From Longimicrobiales bacterium (GTDB lineage Bacteria; Gemmatimonadota; Gemmatimonadetes; Longimicrobiales; RSA9), in contig DATHRK010000103.1 of assembly GCA_035465395.1 (NCBI GenBank), positions 23,822-87,821 on the forward strand: a stretch of 64,000 bases of DNA. Direction: 5' to 3'. Positions 27,077 through 35,323 of the stretch are shown piece by piece; within the stretch, counting starts at the first letter, position 1, and each line of letters starts with the position of its first letter. A program made the position numbers and the translations under genes. The notes beneath the pieces were generated by a model, which worked only from the letters and a program-made list of their open reading frames with translations, made no database searches and was not told the origin of the DNA.

Positions 27077-29908
27077 ATGCGCGCCGCCCTCCTGCTGCCG
27101 GGGGCCGTCCTGGCGGCGGCCGTCGCGTCCGCCGCACCCCTCAAGGGACAGGTCCGCCCGCGGCTCGATCCCCGCTTCCGGATCGCCGAGCTCGTGGCCC
27201 CCGACGGCCGAGGGCCCGACGCCCGGTTGCAGGCCTTCGGCGCGTCGCGCGCCCGGGGGCTGGGGCTCCTGGGCTCCGGCGACGCCGGTGAACTGCGGGT
27301 CTTCGTGCGGGGTTCGGGCGACGTCGCGGCGGCGATCGTCGCGGCCGGCGGCCGGGTGCGGGCGCGCGCCGGAGACATCATCGCGGCGTCGTTGCCGGCG
27401 GCCGGCCTCGGGGCCCTCGCTGCCGATCCCCGCGTCGCGGCGCTCGAACCCGTAGGGACCCTCGCCACCCAGACGGCGCCGCCGGCCGGGCCGGGGCCGC
27501 GAGGCTCGCGTCCGCCAGCTCCACGCCCGCCGCGGCGCGGCGCGCTCCTGGACGTCGCGACGGACGACATCCGCGTGGGCCCGCTCCGCCAGCGCATCGC
27601 CGGACGCTTCGAAGGCATCGCCGGCCAGGGCATCGTCGTGGGTATCGTCGACAGCGGCCTCGACCTCGGCCATCCCGACTTCCGGCGCCCCGACGGCTCC
27701 ACCCGGGTGCTGTGGGCGCTGGACCTCACCGACGACGGAGGCCCGGCCCCGGGCGCCGTCGGGAGCGCCACGTTCCCCGAGGGCTCGGAATGCGACGCGG
27801 CGACGATCGACGCCGGCGATTGCCGCATGCGCGACCTCCGGGGGCACGGGACGCACGTCCTCGGCATCGCCGCGGGCGACGGCTCCGCGACGGGCAACGG
27901 ACGCGCGCCGTTCCGCTACGTGGGAGTGGCCCCCGAGGCCGACCTGATCGTAGTCAAGGCCGGCGAGGCCACGTTCGCCGCCGACGATGTTCTCGCCGGC
28001 GTCGCCTACGTTTTCGAGCGCGCCGCCGAGCTCGGCAGGCCGGCCGTCGTGGCCCTCGCGCTGGGCACACAGGCGGGCCCGCACGACGGCTCGACCGCGC
28101 TCGAGCGGGGCCTCGACGCGCTCGTGGGACCGGGCCGGATCGCCGTCGTCACAGCCGGCAACCAGGGCGCCTACGACAACGAGAGTCCCGACTTCCCGGC
28201 GGGCCCGATCCACCTGACGGGGCAGACCGAACCGGGCGCTCCCGTCGAGCACACGCTGGTGGTGCCGTCGTACGTGCCGACGCCGGGCGCCGGCAACGAC
28301 GCCGTCCTGCTCGAGATCTGGTACGAGGGGGCGACCGACGTGGCGATCACGGTGACGCCCCCCGGCGGCGATCCCGTGCGCGCGGAGCCCGGCGATACGG
28401 CGGTGGGTCAGTCGTCCGCCGGCGCGGTGTTCATCGACAACGCCTCCGCCGGACCGTCGCCGGACAACGGAGACAACCAGGCGCTCGTCCTGATCTTCGA
28501 TGCCGCCGAGGGCGAGGAACCGGCGCAAGGCGCGTGGGCGATCGGCGTCGAGACGGTGGCCGGACTGATTACGCCGCTTCCGCACCACGGCTGGATCGTC
28601 GGTTCGACCTTCCAGGGGGCGATCGCGACGCCCCGCATCGACCGCGGCGCGACGAACTCGCACGTGGTCACGACGCCCGCCAACGGCGGCCGCATGCTCG
28701 CGGTCGGGGCGCACGCGACGCGCCACACGTGGCCCGGGCTCGCGGGGCAGGAGACGTTCGCGTTCCGCGAGCCGCTCGGCGACATCGCGTTCTTCAGCTC
28801 CCCCGGGCCCCGACGCGACGGTGTCCTGCGCCCCGACGTCACCGCGCCGGGCAAGATGGTGGTCGCGTCGTACGCCGCCGGCGGATCCGACTTCGCCGTG
28901 CTCCCGTCGCTGATCGAGGCGGACGGCGTCCACGCCGCCCTGCTCGGGACCAGCATGGCCACCCCCCAGGTGGCCGGCGCCGTGGCCCTGCTGCTGCAGC
29001 GGGAGGCGAGGCTCACCCCGGAGGACGCGCGGGCCATCCTGCGCGGCAGCGCTCGCGCCGACGAATTCGTCGAGGCTCGCGGCGGAGCGGGCAGCCACCC
29101 ATGGGGGTTCGGCAAGCTGGATGCGCTGGGGGCGGTCCGCTCGTTCGGATCCCCCGCCGGTCTGCTGACCGTGGCCGCAGCCCCGGCTACGCCCGCGACG
29201 ACCGTGGCGGAGGGTCGCGCGGGCGAGGTGCTCGAGCTCCTGGATCTCCAACTCGTGGCGAGCTTGCAGGAGCCGATCCTGGTGAACCGGCTCCGGGTCG
29301 ATCTGGCGGGCGGCGGCGCCGGCGACACGCTACTGCTCGTGCTGGACGGGGACGCCGACGGCGAGATCGGCGCCGGCGACACCGAGCTGGCCGCAGTGGC
29401 CGCTGGGACGGGCGGCGCTGACCTGGGCGGCACGCTCACCGTGCCCTCGGGATTCGCGTTGGACGTCCTCGTGGGCCTGCGCCTGGGCGGGGGAATCGTC
29501 AACGGCGCGACGGTGCGGGCCGTACTGCCGCAGAACGGGGTCGGCACGGAAGGCGTGCTGTCCGGCGCGGTCGACGCGGTGAACGGCCCGTCGGTGGACG
29601 TCGCCTCGCCGCTCTATCGCGTCGACCTGCTGGCGAGTGGAGAGACCGTCGCGCTGTCGGCGAATCCGGTCCGCGGCGAGCGCCTCGTCGTGAACTACGG
29701 CGACACGCCGCTCCGCGCGGCCGTCTACACGGCGGCGGGCCGCCTGGTACGCGACTTCACGGACGTGCTCGGCGCCGAGGGCCCCGGGCGCTTCGCCTGG
29801 GACCTCACCGACGGCGCCGGACGCCCGGTCGCGAACGGCGCCTACTACCTGTTCCTGGAGCTGGCCGACGGCCGGGTCCGCCAGACCGTCTACGTGTTGC
29901 GTCCATGA
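27077..29908 (+). CDS. S8 family (subtilisin-like) serine peptidase with FlgD-Ig/T9SS-like C-terminal domain
   Basis: Signal peptide. Catalytic triad contexts VGIVDSGLD, HGTHVLGIAAG and GTSMATPQVAGAVALL. C-terminal ~90 aa (FAWDLTDGAGRPVANGAYYLFLEL...VYVLRP) resembles FlgD-Ig/Por secretion tails. Confidence 0.85.
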   Translation: MRAALLLPGAVLAAAVASAAPLKGQVRPRLDPRFRIAELVAPDGRGPDARLQAFGASRARGLGLLGSGDAGELRVFVRGSGDVAAAIVAAGGRVRARAGDIIAASLPAAGLGALAADPRVAALEPVGTLATQTAPPAGPGPRGSRPPAPRPPRRGALLDVATDDIRVGPLRQRIAGRFEGIAGQGIVVGIVDSGLDLGHPDFRRPDGSTRVLWALDLTDDGGPAPGAVGSATFPEGSECDAATIDAGDCRMRDLRGHGTHVLGIAAGDGSATGNGRAPFRYVGVAPEADLIVVKAGEATFAADDVLAGVAYVFERAAELGRPAVVALALGTQAGPHDGSTALERGLDALVGPGRIAVVTAGNQGAYDNESPDFPAGPIHLTGQTEPGAPVEHTLVVPSYVPTPGAGNDAVLLEIWYEGATDVAITVTPPGGDPVRAEPGDTAVGQSSAGAVFIDNASAGPSPDNGDNQALVLIFDAAEGEEPAQGAWAIGVETVAGLITPLPHHGWIVGSTFQGAIATPRIDRGATNSHVVTTPANGGRMLAVGAHATRHTWPGLAGQETFAFREPLGDIAFFSSPGPRRDGVLRPDVTAPGKMVVASYAAGGSDFAVLPSLIEADGVHAALLGTSMATPQVAGAVALLLQREARLTPEDARAILRGSARADEFVEARGGAGSHPWGFGKLDALGAVRSFGSPAGLLTVAAAPATPATTVAEGRAGEVLELLDLQLVASLQEPILVNRLRVDLAGGGAGDTLLLVLDGDADGEIGAGDTELAAVAAGTGGADLGGTLTVPSGFALDVLVGLRLGGGIVNGATVRAVLPQNGVGTEGVLSGAVDAVNGPSVDVASPLYRVDLLASGETVALSANPVRGERLVVNYGDTPLRAAVYTAAGRLVRDFTDVLGAEGPGRFAWDLTDGAGRPVANGAYYLFLELADGRVRQTVYVLRP

Positions 29909-30918
29909 GCGCCCGGTCGGAGGGGTACCTTGGCCGCGCTTGCCCGACCACGTCGTGGGTGCTCGCGATCGCGGGGCTGCTGGCCCTCGGCTCGGCGCCC
30001 GCCGCCGCGGCACAGAGCGACGCGGAGTCCGGAGCGGACGTCCTCGCCCTGGCCCCCTCGCCGCGCGCCACGGCGTTCGGCGGCGCGTACACGGCGGGCG
30101 CGCCGGGCGACCCCTTCGCGCTCTTCGCGAATCCGGCGGGCATCGCCGGGCCGGGCGGCCCGGCGGATCCCGGGGGCGTCGGGGGCTGGTCCGTGGGGGC
30201 CGCCTTCCGGGCCCACGTGGGTGACGCGTCGGCGGGCTCGCTGGCCGCGCGCTTCGCCGGGCTCGGCGGGGCCGCCGCCGTGGCCGTGCGCTACCTCGAC
30301 TACGGCGAGGTCGACGAGCTGATACCCGATCCCGCGTTCGGCGGCGAGCGAGGCATGGCGACCGGGGCGCGCATCCGGGGCACCGAGGTGGCGCTCTCCG
30401 GGGCCTACGCGTTCGAGGTCGGGCCGTTCGCCGCGGGGGCGGGATTCGACCTGGTACGCACCGACCTGGCCGAGCTGCAGGACGTCGCGGTCGCGGGATC
30501 CGCGGGCGCGCGCGTGGGACTCTGGGAGGGCCGCGTCGGTATCGGCGCCGCGGTCCAGCACCTGGGCGCGGACGCGGCCCCGGGCCGCGACGCCCCGCTG
30601 CCCCGGACCTACCGCGGCGGGGTCAGCCTGGCCCTGGGCGTGGCCGGCCCCCTGCGGCTGCGTGTCCTCGCGGACGCCGCGGGCCCCTGGGACCGGCTGC
30701 GCCCCGCGGTGGGCGCCGAAGTGGGCATCGCCGGCACCGACGGCGTCCTGCTGGAGGCGCGCGCGGGCTGGGACGGTTCCGTGGAGCGGGAGGACGCGCT
30801 GGAGGAGTGGAGCTGGGGGGGCGGGCTGGTGGTCGGAGACCTGGCGATCGACTACGCCTACCGGGGCATCGGGGTGCTGGGCGCCGCCCACCAGATCGGC
30901 GCACGCCTGCGCCGGTGA
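29905..30918 (+). CDS. PorV/PorQ-like outer-membrane beta-barrel protein
   Basis: ATGA overlap with the protease stop. Signal peptide. N-terminal motif VLALAPSPRATAFGGAYTAGAPGDPFALFANPAGIA is typical of the PorV/PorQ family. Confidence 0.6.
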   Translation: MSARSEGYLGRACPTTSWVLAIAGLLALGSAPAAAAQSDAESGADVLALAPSPRATAFGGAYTAGAPGDPFALFANPAGIAGPGGPADPGGVGGWSVGAAFRAHVGDASAGSLAARFAGLGGAAAVAVRYLDYGEVDELIPDPAFGGERGMATGARIRGTEVALSGAYAFEVGPFAAGAGFDLVRTDLAELQDVAVAGSAGARVGLWEGRVGIGAAVQHLGADAAPGRDAPLPRTYRGGVSLALGVAGPLRLRVLADAAGPWDRLRPAVGAEVGIAGTDGVLLEARAGWDGSVEREDALEEWSWGGGLVVGDLAIDYAYRGIGVLGAAHQIGARLRR

Positions 30919-30949
30919 TGTGGGGTGCGGCGTGGCTGGACCGAGCCGG

Positions 30950-32065
30950 CTAGAGCGCGTCGAGGAGAGGATCCCCCAGCGCTTCCACCTGCCAGCGACG
31001 CACGTCGGGAATGGCGAGCAGCTCGGCGTGATCGGCGGGCGCGATCTGCGCGATGCGCTCGATCAGCCACTTCGGTAGCAGGAAGCCCCGTTCCAGCCCC
31101 AGCCGGTCCGCCGCGGCGTCGCGCACCGCGCGGATCCGATCCGTGCGCGCCTCCTCCTGGGTGGTGGGCCGCGGCCTCCGCGGCCCGCGCGGCGGCCTCT
31201 TGGGCAGCTCGGTCGTGGCGCGGCCGCGCGCCACCGCGTCCATCAGCGCCCGCCCGGCCGGCGAATCGACGAGCCTGGGCGTCACGCCCTTGATGGCGAC
31301 CAGCGCCGCGGCATCGCGAGGGCCGACCCGCGCGATCTCCATCAGCGCCTCCCGCGACAGGATCCGAAACGTCGCGCGGTCCCGACGCCGGCCCTGTTCC
31401 TCGCGCCAGTCGTGCACTTCCCGCAGGACCGCGAGCTGGCGCGGGGTCAGGTCGCGCGACCCCTTGAGCTTGAGGAACGCCGGGACCGCGCCGTTCTCCT
31501 CGTGGCGTGTGCCGCGCACGATCTCGAACTCCTCCTCCGCCCAGGCCAGGCGCCCCGCTGCGGTGAGGCGCTCGCGCAGCGCGCGCCGCAGCTCGGGCAG
31601 GTACCGGGTGTCCTCGGCCGCGTACTCGATCATCTCGTGAGGCAGCGGCCGGCGCGCCCAGTCGGCGCGCTGGTACTTCTTCTCGACGGTAACACCCAGC
31701 ACGTCCTCGAGCAGCGAGGACAGGCCGATCTGGCGCTCGCCGAGAAACTGGGCCGCGACCTTGGTATCGAAGAGCCGGCCGATGCGGAGCCCGTGGTCGC
31801 GGTCGAGCAGCCGGAGGTCGTAGTCTGCGTCGTGGAAAACGATCTCGGTTTCCGGGTCCGAGAGCAGCGAGGCGAGCGGCTGCAGCGACTCGACCGCGAG
31901 GGGATCGACGAGGACCGTCTCCTCGCCGGCGGTGAGCTGGACCAGGCAGACCCGGTCGTGATAGCGGTGGTACCCGGCCGCCTCGGTGTCCACGGCGATC
32001 ACCGCCCGGCCGAAAAACGCATCGACCAGGCCCCGCAGGTCCTGGTCGGTGTCTATGTAGCGCAT
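30950..32065 (-). CDS. rnd: ribonuclease D
   Basis: DEDD 3'-5' exonuclease motifs (IAVDTEA, FHDADYDLRLL, YAAEDTRYL) plus an HRDC region. Start at ATG 32065, 9 nt after GGAGG. Confidence 0.85.
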   Translation of the reverse strand: MRYIDTDQDLRGLVDAFFGRAVIAVDTEAAGYHRYHDRVCLVQLTAGEETVLVDPLAVESLQPLASLLSDPETEIVFHDADYDLRLLDRDHGLRIGRLFDTKVAAQFLGERQIGLSSLLEDVLGVTVEKKYQRADWARRPLPHEMIEYAAEDTRYLPELRRALRERLTAAGRLAWAEEEFEIVRGTRHEENGAVPAFLKLKGSRDLTPRQLAVLREVHDWREEQGRRRDRATFRILSREALMEIARVGPRDAAALVAIKGVTPRLVDSPAGRALMDAVARGRATTELPKRPPRGPRRPRPTTQEEARTDRIRAVRDAAADRLGLERGFLLPKWLIERIAQIAPADHAELLAIPDVRRWQVEALGDPLLDAL

Positions 32066-32330
32066 TCCCGTCATCCTCCCCGGATCCCCCCGATTACCCA
32101 CGGCGGCCCGCCGCCGCGACTCAATTGTACACGACCTCGCCCTCCCTGGAAATGACGTGCCGCTGGCGCGCCCCGAAGCCGGACTCCCGATCGTGCCGGC
32201 GCTGTCCCGCGGACCCGGCCTACGTGCCGGCGCAGGCACCGGACATTCGCGCCCCCAACCATTACATTGCGCGGTTCCGCGAACCGCGGGGGTATCTCTT
32301 GGCCCCCGTCGACGAAAGGGTGGGAGGGAC

Positions 32331-33743
32331 GTGCTCACGAAGGTCGTCGCGACGATCGGCCCGGCCAGCGCCGGCGCAGCGAGCCTGCTCGAGCTGGTGC
32401 GCGCCGGAGTCAACGTGGTCCGGATCAACTGCGCCCACGGAACGCGCGAGGATCACCGTGCCACCGTGGAGCACGCCCGCGCCGCCGGTCGGGAGCTCGG
32501 CCGCCCGGTCGCGGTCCTCGTCGACCTGGCCGGGCCGAAGATCCGGACGGGGGATTTTCCCGAGCCGCGCACGCTGGAGGAGGGCCAGGAGGTCGTCCTC
32601 GCGCCGCAGGCGGACGCGTCGGGGGAGGACATCCCGACGACCTACGCGGGCCTCGCGGGCGACGTCCGCCCGGGCAGCCGCATCCTGATGGACGACGGCG
32701 CCATGGAGTTGGAGGTGCTGGAAACGGAGCCCCCCCTGGTCCGCGCCCGGGTGCTGCGCGGCGGGGACCTCGGGAAGCACAAGGGCATCAACCTGCCGGG
32801 CATCCGCGTCGCCGCGCCCTCGCTGACCGAGAAGGACCTGACCGACATCGAGTGGGCGATCGCGGCGGGTGTGGAGTACGTCGGCCTCTCGTTCGTCCAG
32901 CGCCCAGACGACGTGCGTGATCTGCGCGCGCGGCTGCCGCCGGAGATCCTGATCGTCGCCAAGATCGAGAAGGACGTCGCGCTGGAGAACGTCGAGGCGA
33001 TCCTCGAGGAGACGGACGCGGTGATGGTGGCACGCGGCGACCTCGGCGTCGAGCTGCCGTTCGAGCAGGTGCCCCTCGCCCAGAAGCGCATCGTGCAGCT
33101 CGCCAACCTCCACGGGCGGCCCGTGATCACCGCGACACAGATGCTCGAGTCGATGATCTCCGCATCGCGCCCGACCCGCGCCGAGGCCAGCGACGTGGCG
33201 AACGCTCTCTTCGACGGGACCGACGCCGTGATGCTGTCCGGCGAGACCGCGGTCGGACACGACCCCAGGCTTGCGGTGGAGGCGATGGTGCGCATCGCCG
33301 CCGAGATCGAGCGCTCGCACGCGTTCACCGAGGGCCCCAAGTACGACATCCCTGTGCTGGGCCACCTGCGCACGGGGGCCACGCCGACCGAGCACGCGAT
33401 CGCCGCCGCCACCGTGGAGGCGCTGCGACTCCTGGGGGCGCCCGCCGTCGTCACGCTCACCACGTCCGGCGCGACCGCCCGGCTCGTGTCGAGCTACCGG
33501 CCGCCGGTGCCGATCCTCGCCGTGTGCGAGCTGGAGACGACGTATCGCCAGCTCGCCCTGGTCTGGGGGGTCGATCCCGTGTGGGTCCCCGACGACCATT
33601 CCTACGACGCCATGATGCGGGTCGCGCGGGAGGCCCTCGTGGCCAAGGAGATCGCGCGTCCCGGGGACCGGGTGATCGTCACGGCCGGCATCCCGTTCAA
33701 CGTGCCCGGGACGACGAACATGATGCGGGTCGAGGTGGTTTGA
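32331..33743 (+). CDS. pyk: pyruvate kinase
   Basis: GTG 32331 follows GGGAGGG. Motifs TKVVATIGPAS, VNVVRINCAHG, LAGPKIRTG, MVARGDLGVE and VITATQMLESM. Confidence 0.9.
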   Translation: MLTKVVATIGPASAGAASLLELVRAGVNVVRINCAHGTREDHRATVEHARAAGRELGRPVAVLVDLAGPKIRTGDFPEPRTLEEGQEVVLAPQADASGEDIPTTYAGLAGDVRPGSRILMDDGAMELEVLETEPPLVRARVLRGGDLGKHKGINLPGIRVAAPSLTEKDLTDIEWAIAAGVEYVGLSFVQRPDDVRDLRARLPPEILIVAKIEKDVALENVEAILEETDAVMVARGDLGVELPFEQVPLAQKRIVQLANLHGRPVITATQMLESMISASRPTRAEASDVANALFDGTDAVMLSGETAVGHDPRLAVEAMVRIAAEIERSHAFTEGPKYDIPVLGHLRTGATPTEHAIAAATVEALRLLGAPAVVTLTTSGATARLVSSYRPPVPILAVCELETTYRQLALVWGVDPVWVPDDHSYDAMMRVAREALVAKEIARPGDRVIVTAGIPFNVPGTTNMMRVEVV

Positions 33744-34516
33744 CCCTCGCGTTCCTGGGCACCGGCACCTCCTTCGGCATCCCCGTGCCGGGTTGCGACT
33801 GTCCCCGCTGCACCTCCGCCGATCCGCGCGATCGGCGCACCCGCCACGGCGCCCTGGTGCGGGGTGAGAGCGGTACGCTGCTTGTGGACACGCCGCCCGA
33901 GCTTAGGCTCCAGCTCCTGCGCGCCGAAGCGCCGCGCGTGGATGCCGTCTGGTTCACCCACGGCCACGCCGATCACACGCACGGCATCGACGACCTCCGC
34001 GCGCTGAACGTCGGGCGGGACGGTCCGCTGCCGGCCTTCGCCAACGTCGACGGGGCGGCGATGCTGGTGGAACGCTTCGCCTACATCTTCGGGGAGCGGG
34101 GGCGGCCGACCGGCCGGGCGCGCCCGTGGGTCGACCTCTCGATCGTCGATTCGGCGGCGCCGATCGAGGCGGCAGGGTTCGATGTGGCACCACTTTCGCT
34201 GCCACACGGCGACATGGAGACCCTGGGATTTCGCATCGACGGGCTGGGGTACCTTCCCGACGCGCACGACGTCCCCCCCGATGTCGTGGACGCGTTGAGG
34301 GGCGTCGACGTCCTGGTGCTTTGCGCTCTCTGGTTCGGACGCCCCCACCCGGCGCACCTCAACATCGAGCGCGCCGTCGAGGTCGCCGAGGATGTGGGCG
34401 CGCGGATCACCTACCTGACCCACCTGACTCACCGGGAAAGCCACGCGGACCTCTGCGAACGGCTGCCTCCCGCCGTCCGCCCGGCCTACGACGGCCTGAG
34501 CGTGGCGGTCGGATGA
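33740..34516 (+). CDS. MBL-fold metallo-hydrolase (PhnP/GPMVR-like)
   Basis: TTG 33740 overlaps the pyk stop. Motifs LGTGTSFGIPVPGCDCPRC and FTHGHADHTHGIDDLR. Confidence 0.8.
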   Translation: MTLAFLGTGTSFGIPVPGCDCPRCTSADPRDRRTRHGALVRGESGTLLVDTPPELRLQLLRAEAPRVDAVWFTHGHADHTHGIDDLRALNVGRDGPLPAFANVDGAAMLVERFAYIFGERGRPTGRARPWVDLSIVDSAAPIEAAGFDVAPLSLPHGDMETLGFRIDGLGYLPDAHDVPPDVVDALRGVDVLVLCALWFGRPHPAHLNIERAVEVAEDVGARITYLTHLTHRESHADLCERLPPAVRPAYDGLSVAVG

Positions 34517-35217
34517 ACACCGCGGAGTCGGGCGTCCGGGGCCGGACGGTGGACCCCGCAGCCGAGTCGGGGCGCGCGGACCGCCATCGCGTCATCGGGC
34601 GCATCGCGGGCGACATCGGCCACGAGCTGAAGAATCCCATCCACGCCAGCGTCATCAACCTCGAGCTGGTGCGCAAACGGATCACCGACGGCGGACGGGA
34701 GGACGCCCTCGACAGGCTGGACGTCGTGAGCGATCAGGTCCGCCGGGTGCACGGCGTGGTGGAGGGTCTGCTCAAGCTGCTCCGGGAGAGCCGGGAGCCG
34801 GAAGGGGACCGCGAGCTGGACCGGGTGGTCGAAACGGTACTGCCGCTCCTGCGCGCGCAGGCGAACGCCGCCGGGGTCGAGCTCGAGTGGGTCCCGGCGG
34901 GATCGGGCACGCTCTGCGGCGTATCGACCGAATGCCTCGGGCACACGCTCGTCGGGCTCACTTCGCAGGCGATCACCGTGGCGCGCACCAGCCCGGACGG
35001 CGCGGTGCGCTTGGAGGCCACGGCCCAACCCTGTGCCGTCGGCGTGAGCGCGTCGGGCACGCATCCGTCCGTCCCGCCGGAGTCCCCGGACCCGGGGTTT
35101 GCCGAGACGGTGGCGCGCATCGCCGAGTCGGGCGGCATGGCGATCGTGGACAGACACGCAAGAAGCGACGTAAGTTGGTCGCGCGTAGTACTTTTGGACG
35201 GACTTCCAGCTGCTTGA
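34513..35217 (+). CDS. histidine-kinase-like protein (HisKA H-box; degenerate ATP-binding domain; no sensor or TM region)
   Basis: ATGA overlap with the upstream gene. H-box IAGDIGHELKNPI. The expected N-box reads LVGLTSQAI (no Asn), and the G-boxes are poorly recognisable. Confidence 0.65.
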   Translation: MNTAESGVRGRTVDPAAESGRADRHRVIGRIAGDIGHELKNPIHASVINLELVRKRITDGGREDALDRLDVVSDQVRRVHGVVEGLLKLLRESREPEGDRELDRVVETVLPLLRAQANAAGVELEWVPAGSGTLCGVSTECLGHTLVGLTSQAITVARTSPDGAVRLEATAQPCAVGVSASGTHPSVPPESPDPGFAETVARIAESGGMAIVDRHARSDVSWSRVVLLDGLPAA

Positions 35218-35323
35218 CCCCCGCTTCCCCGCGCCGCTACCTTTCCGCCGCTGATAAACCGAATGTCCGATTTGGCCGGAGGGGCGCCCGGGGGGGGCCG
35301 TCCGGCCTTCCCAACGTACCCGA

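Noticed and set aside
34185-34200. Sigma54-type -24/-12 elements: TGGCACcacttTCGCT at 34185, TGGCACctggaATGCT at 45135 and TGGCATcggcgTTGCC at 61485.
   Set aside because: All lie inside coding regions, far from gene starts or in the wrong place to drive a downstream gene. GG-N10-GC matches are expected by chance in GC-rich DNA. No good match was seen in any intergenic region.
35258-35322. Direct repeat CCGAATGTC (35258 and 35320 regions) in the HK/regulator intergenic spacer, each copy containing an ATG.
   Set aside because: It is short (9 nt) and has only two copies. The second copy is simply the start-codon context of the regulator gene. That is insufficient to call an operator.
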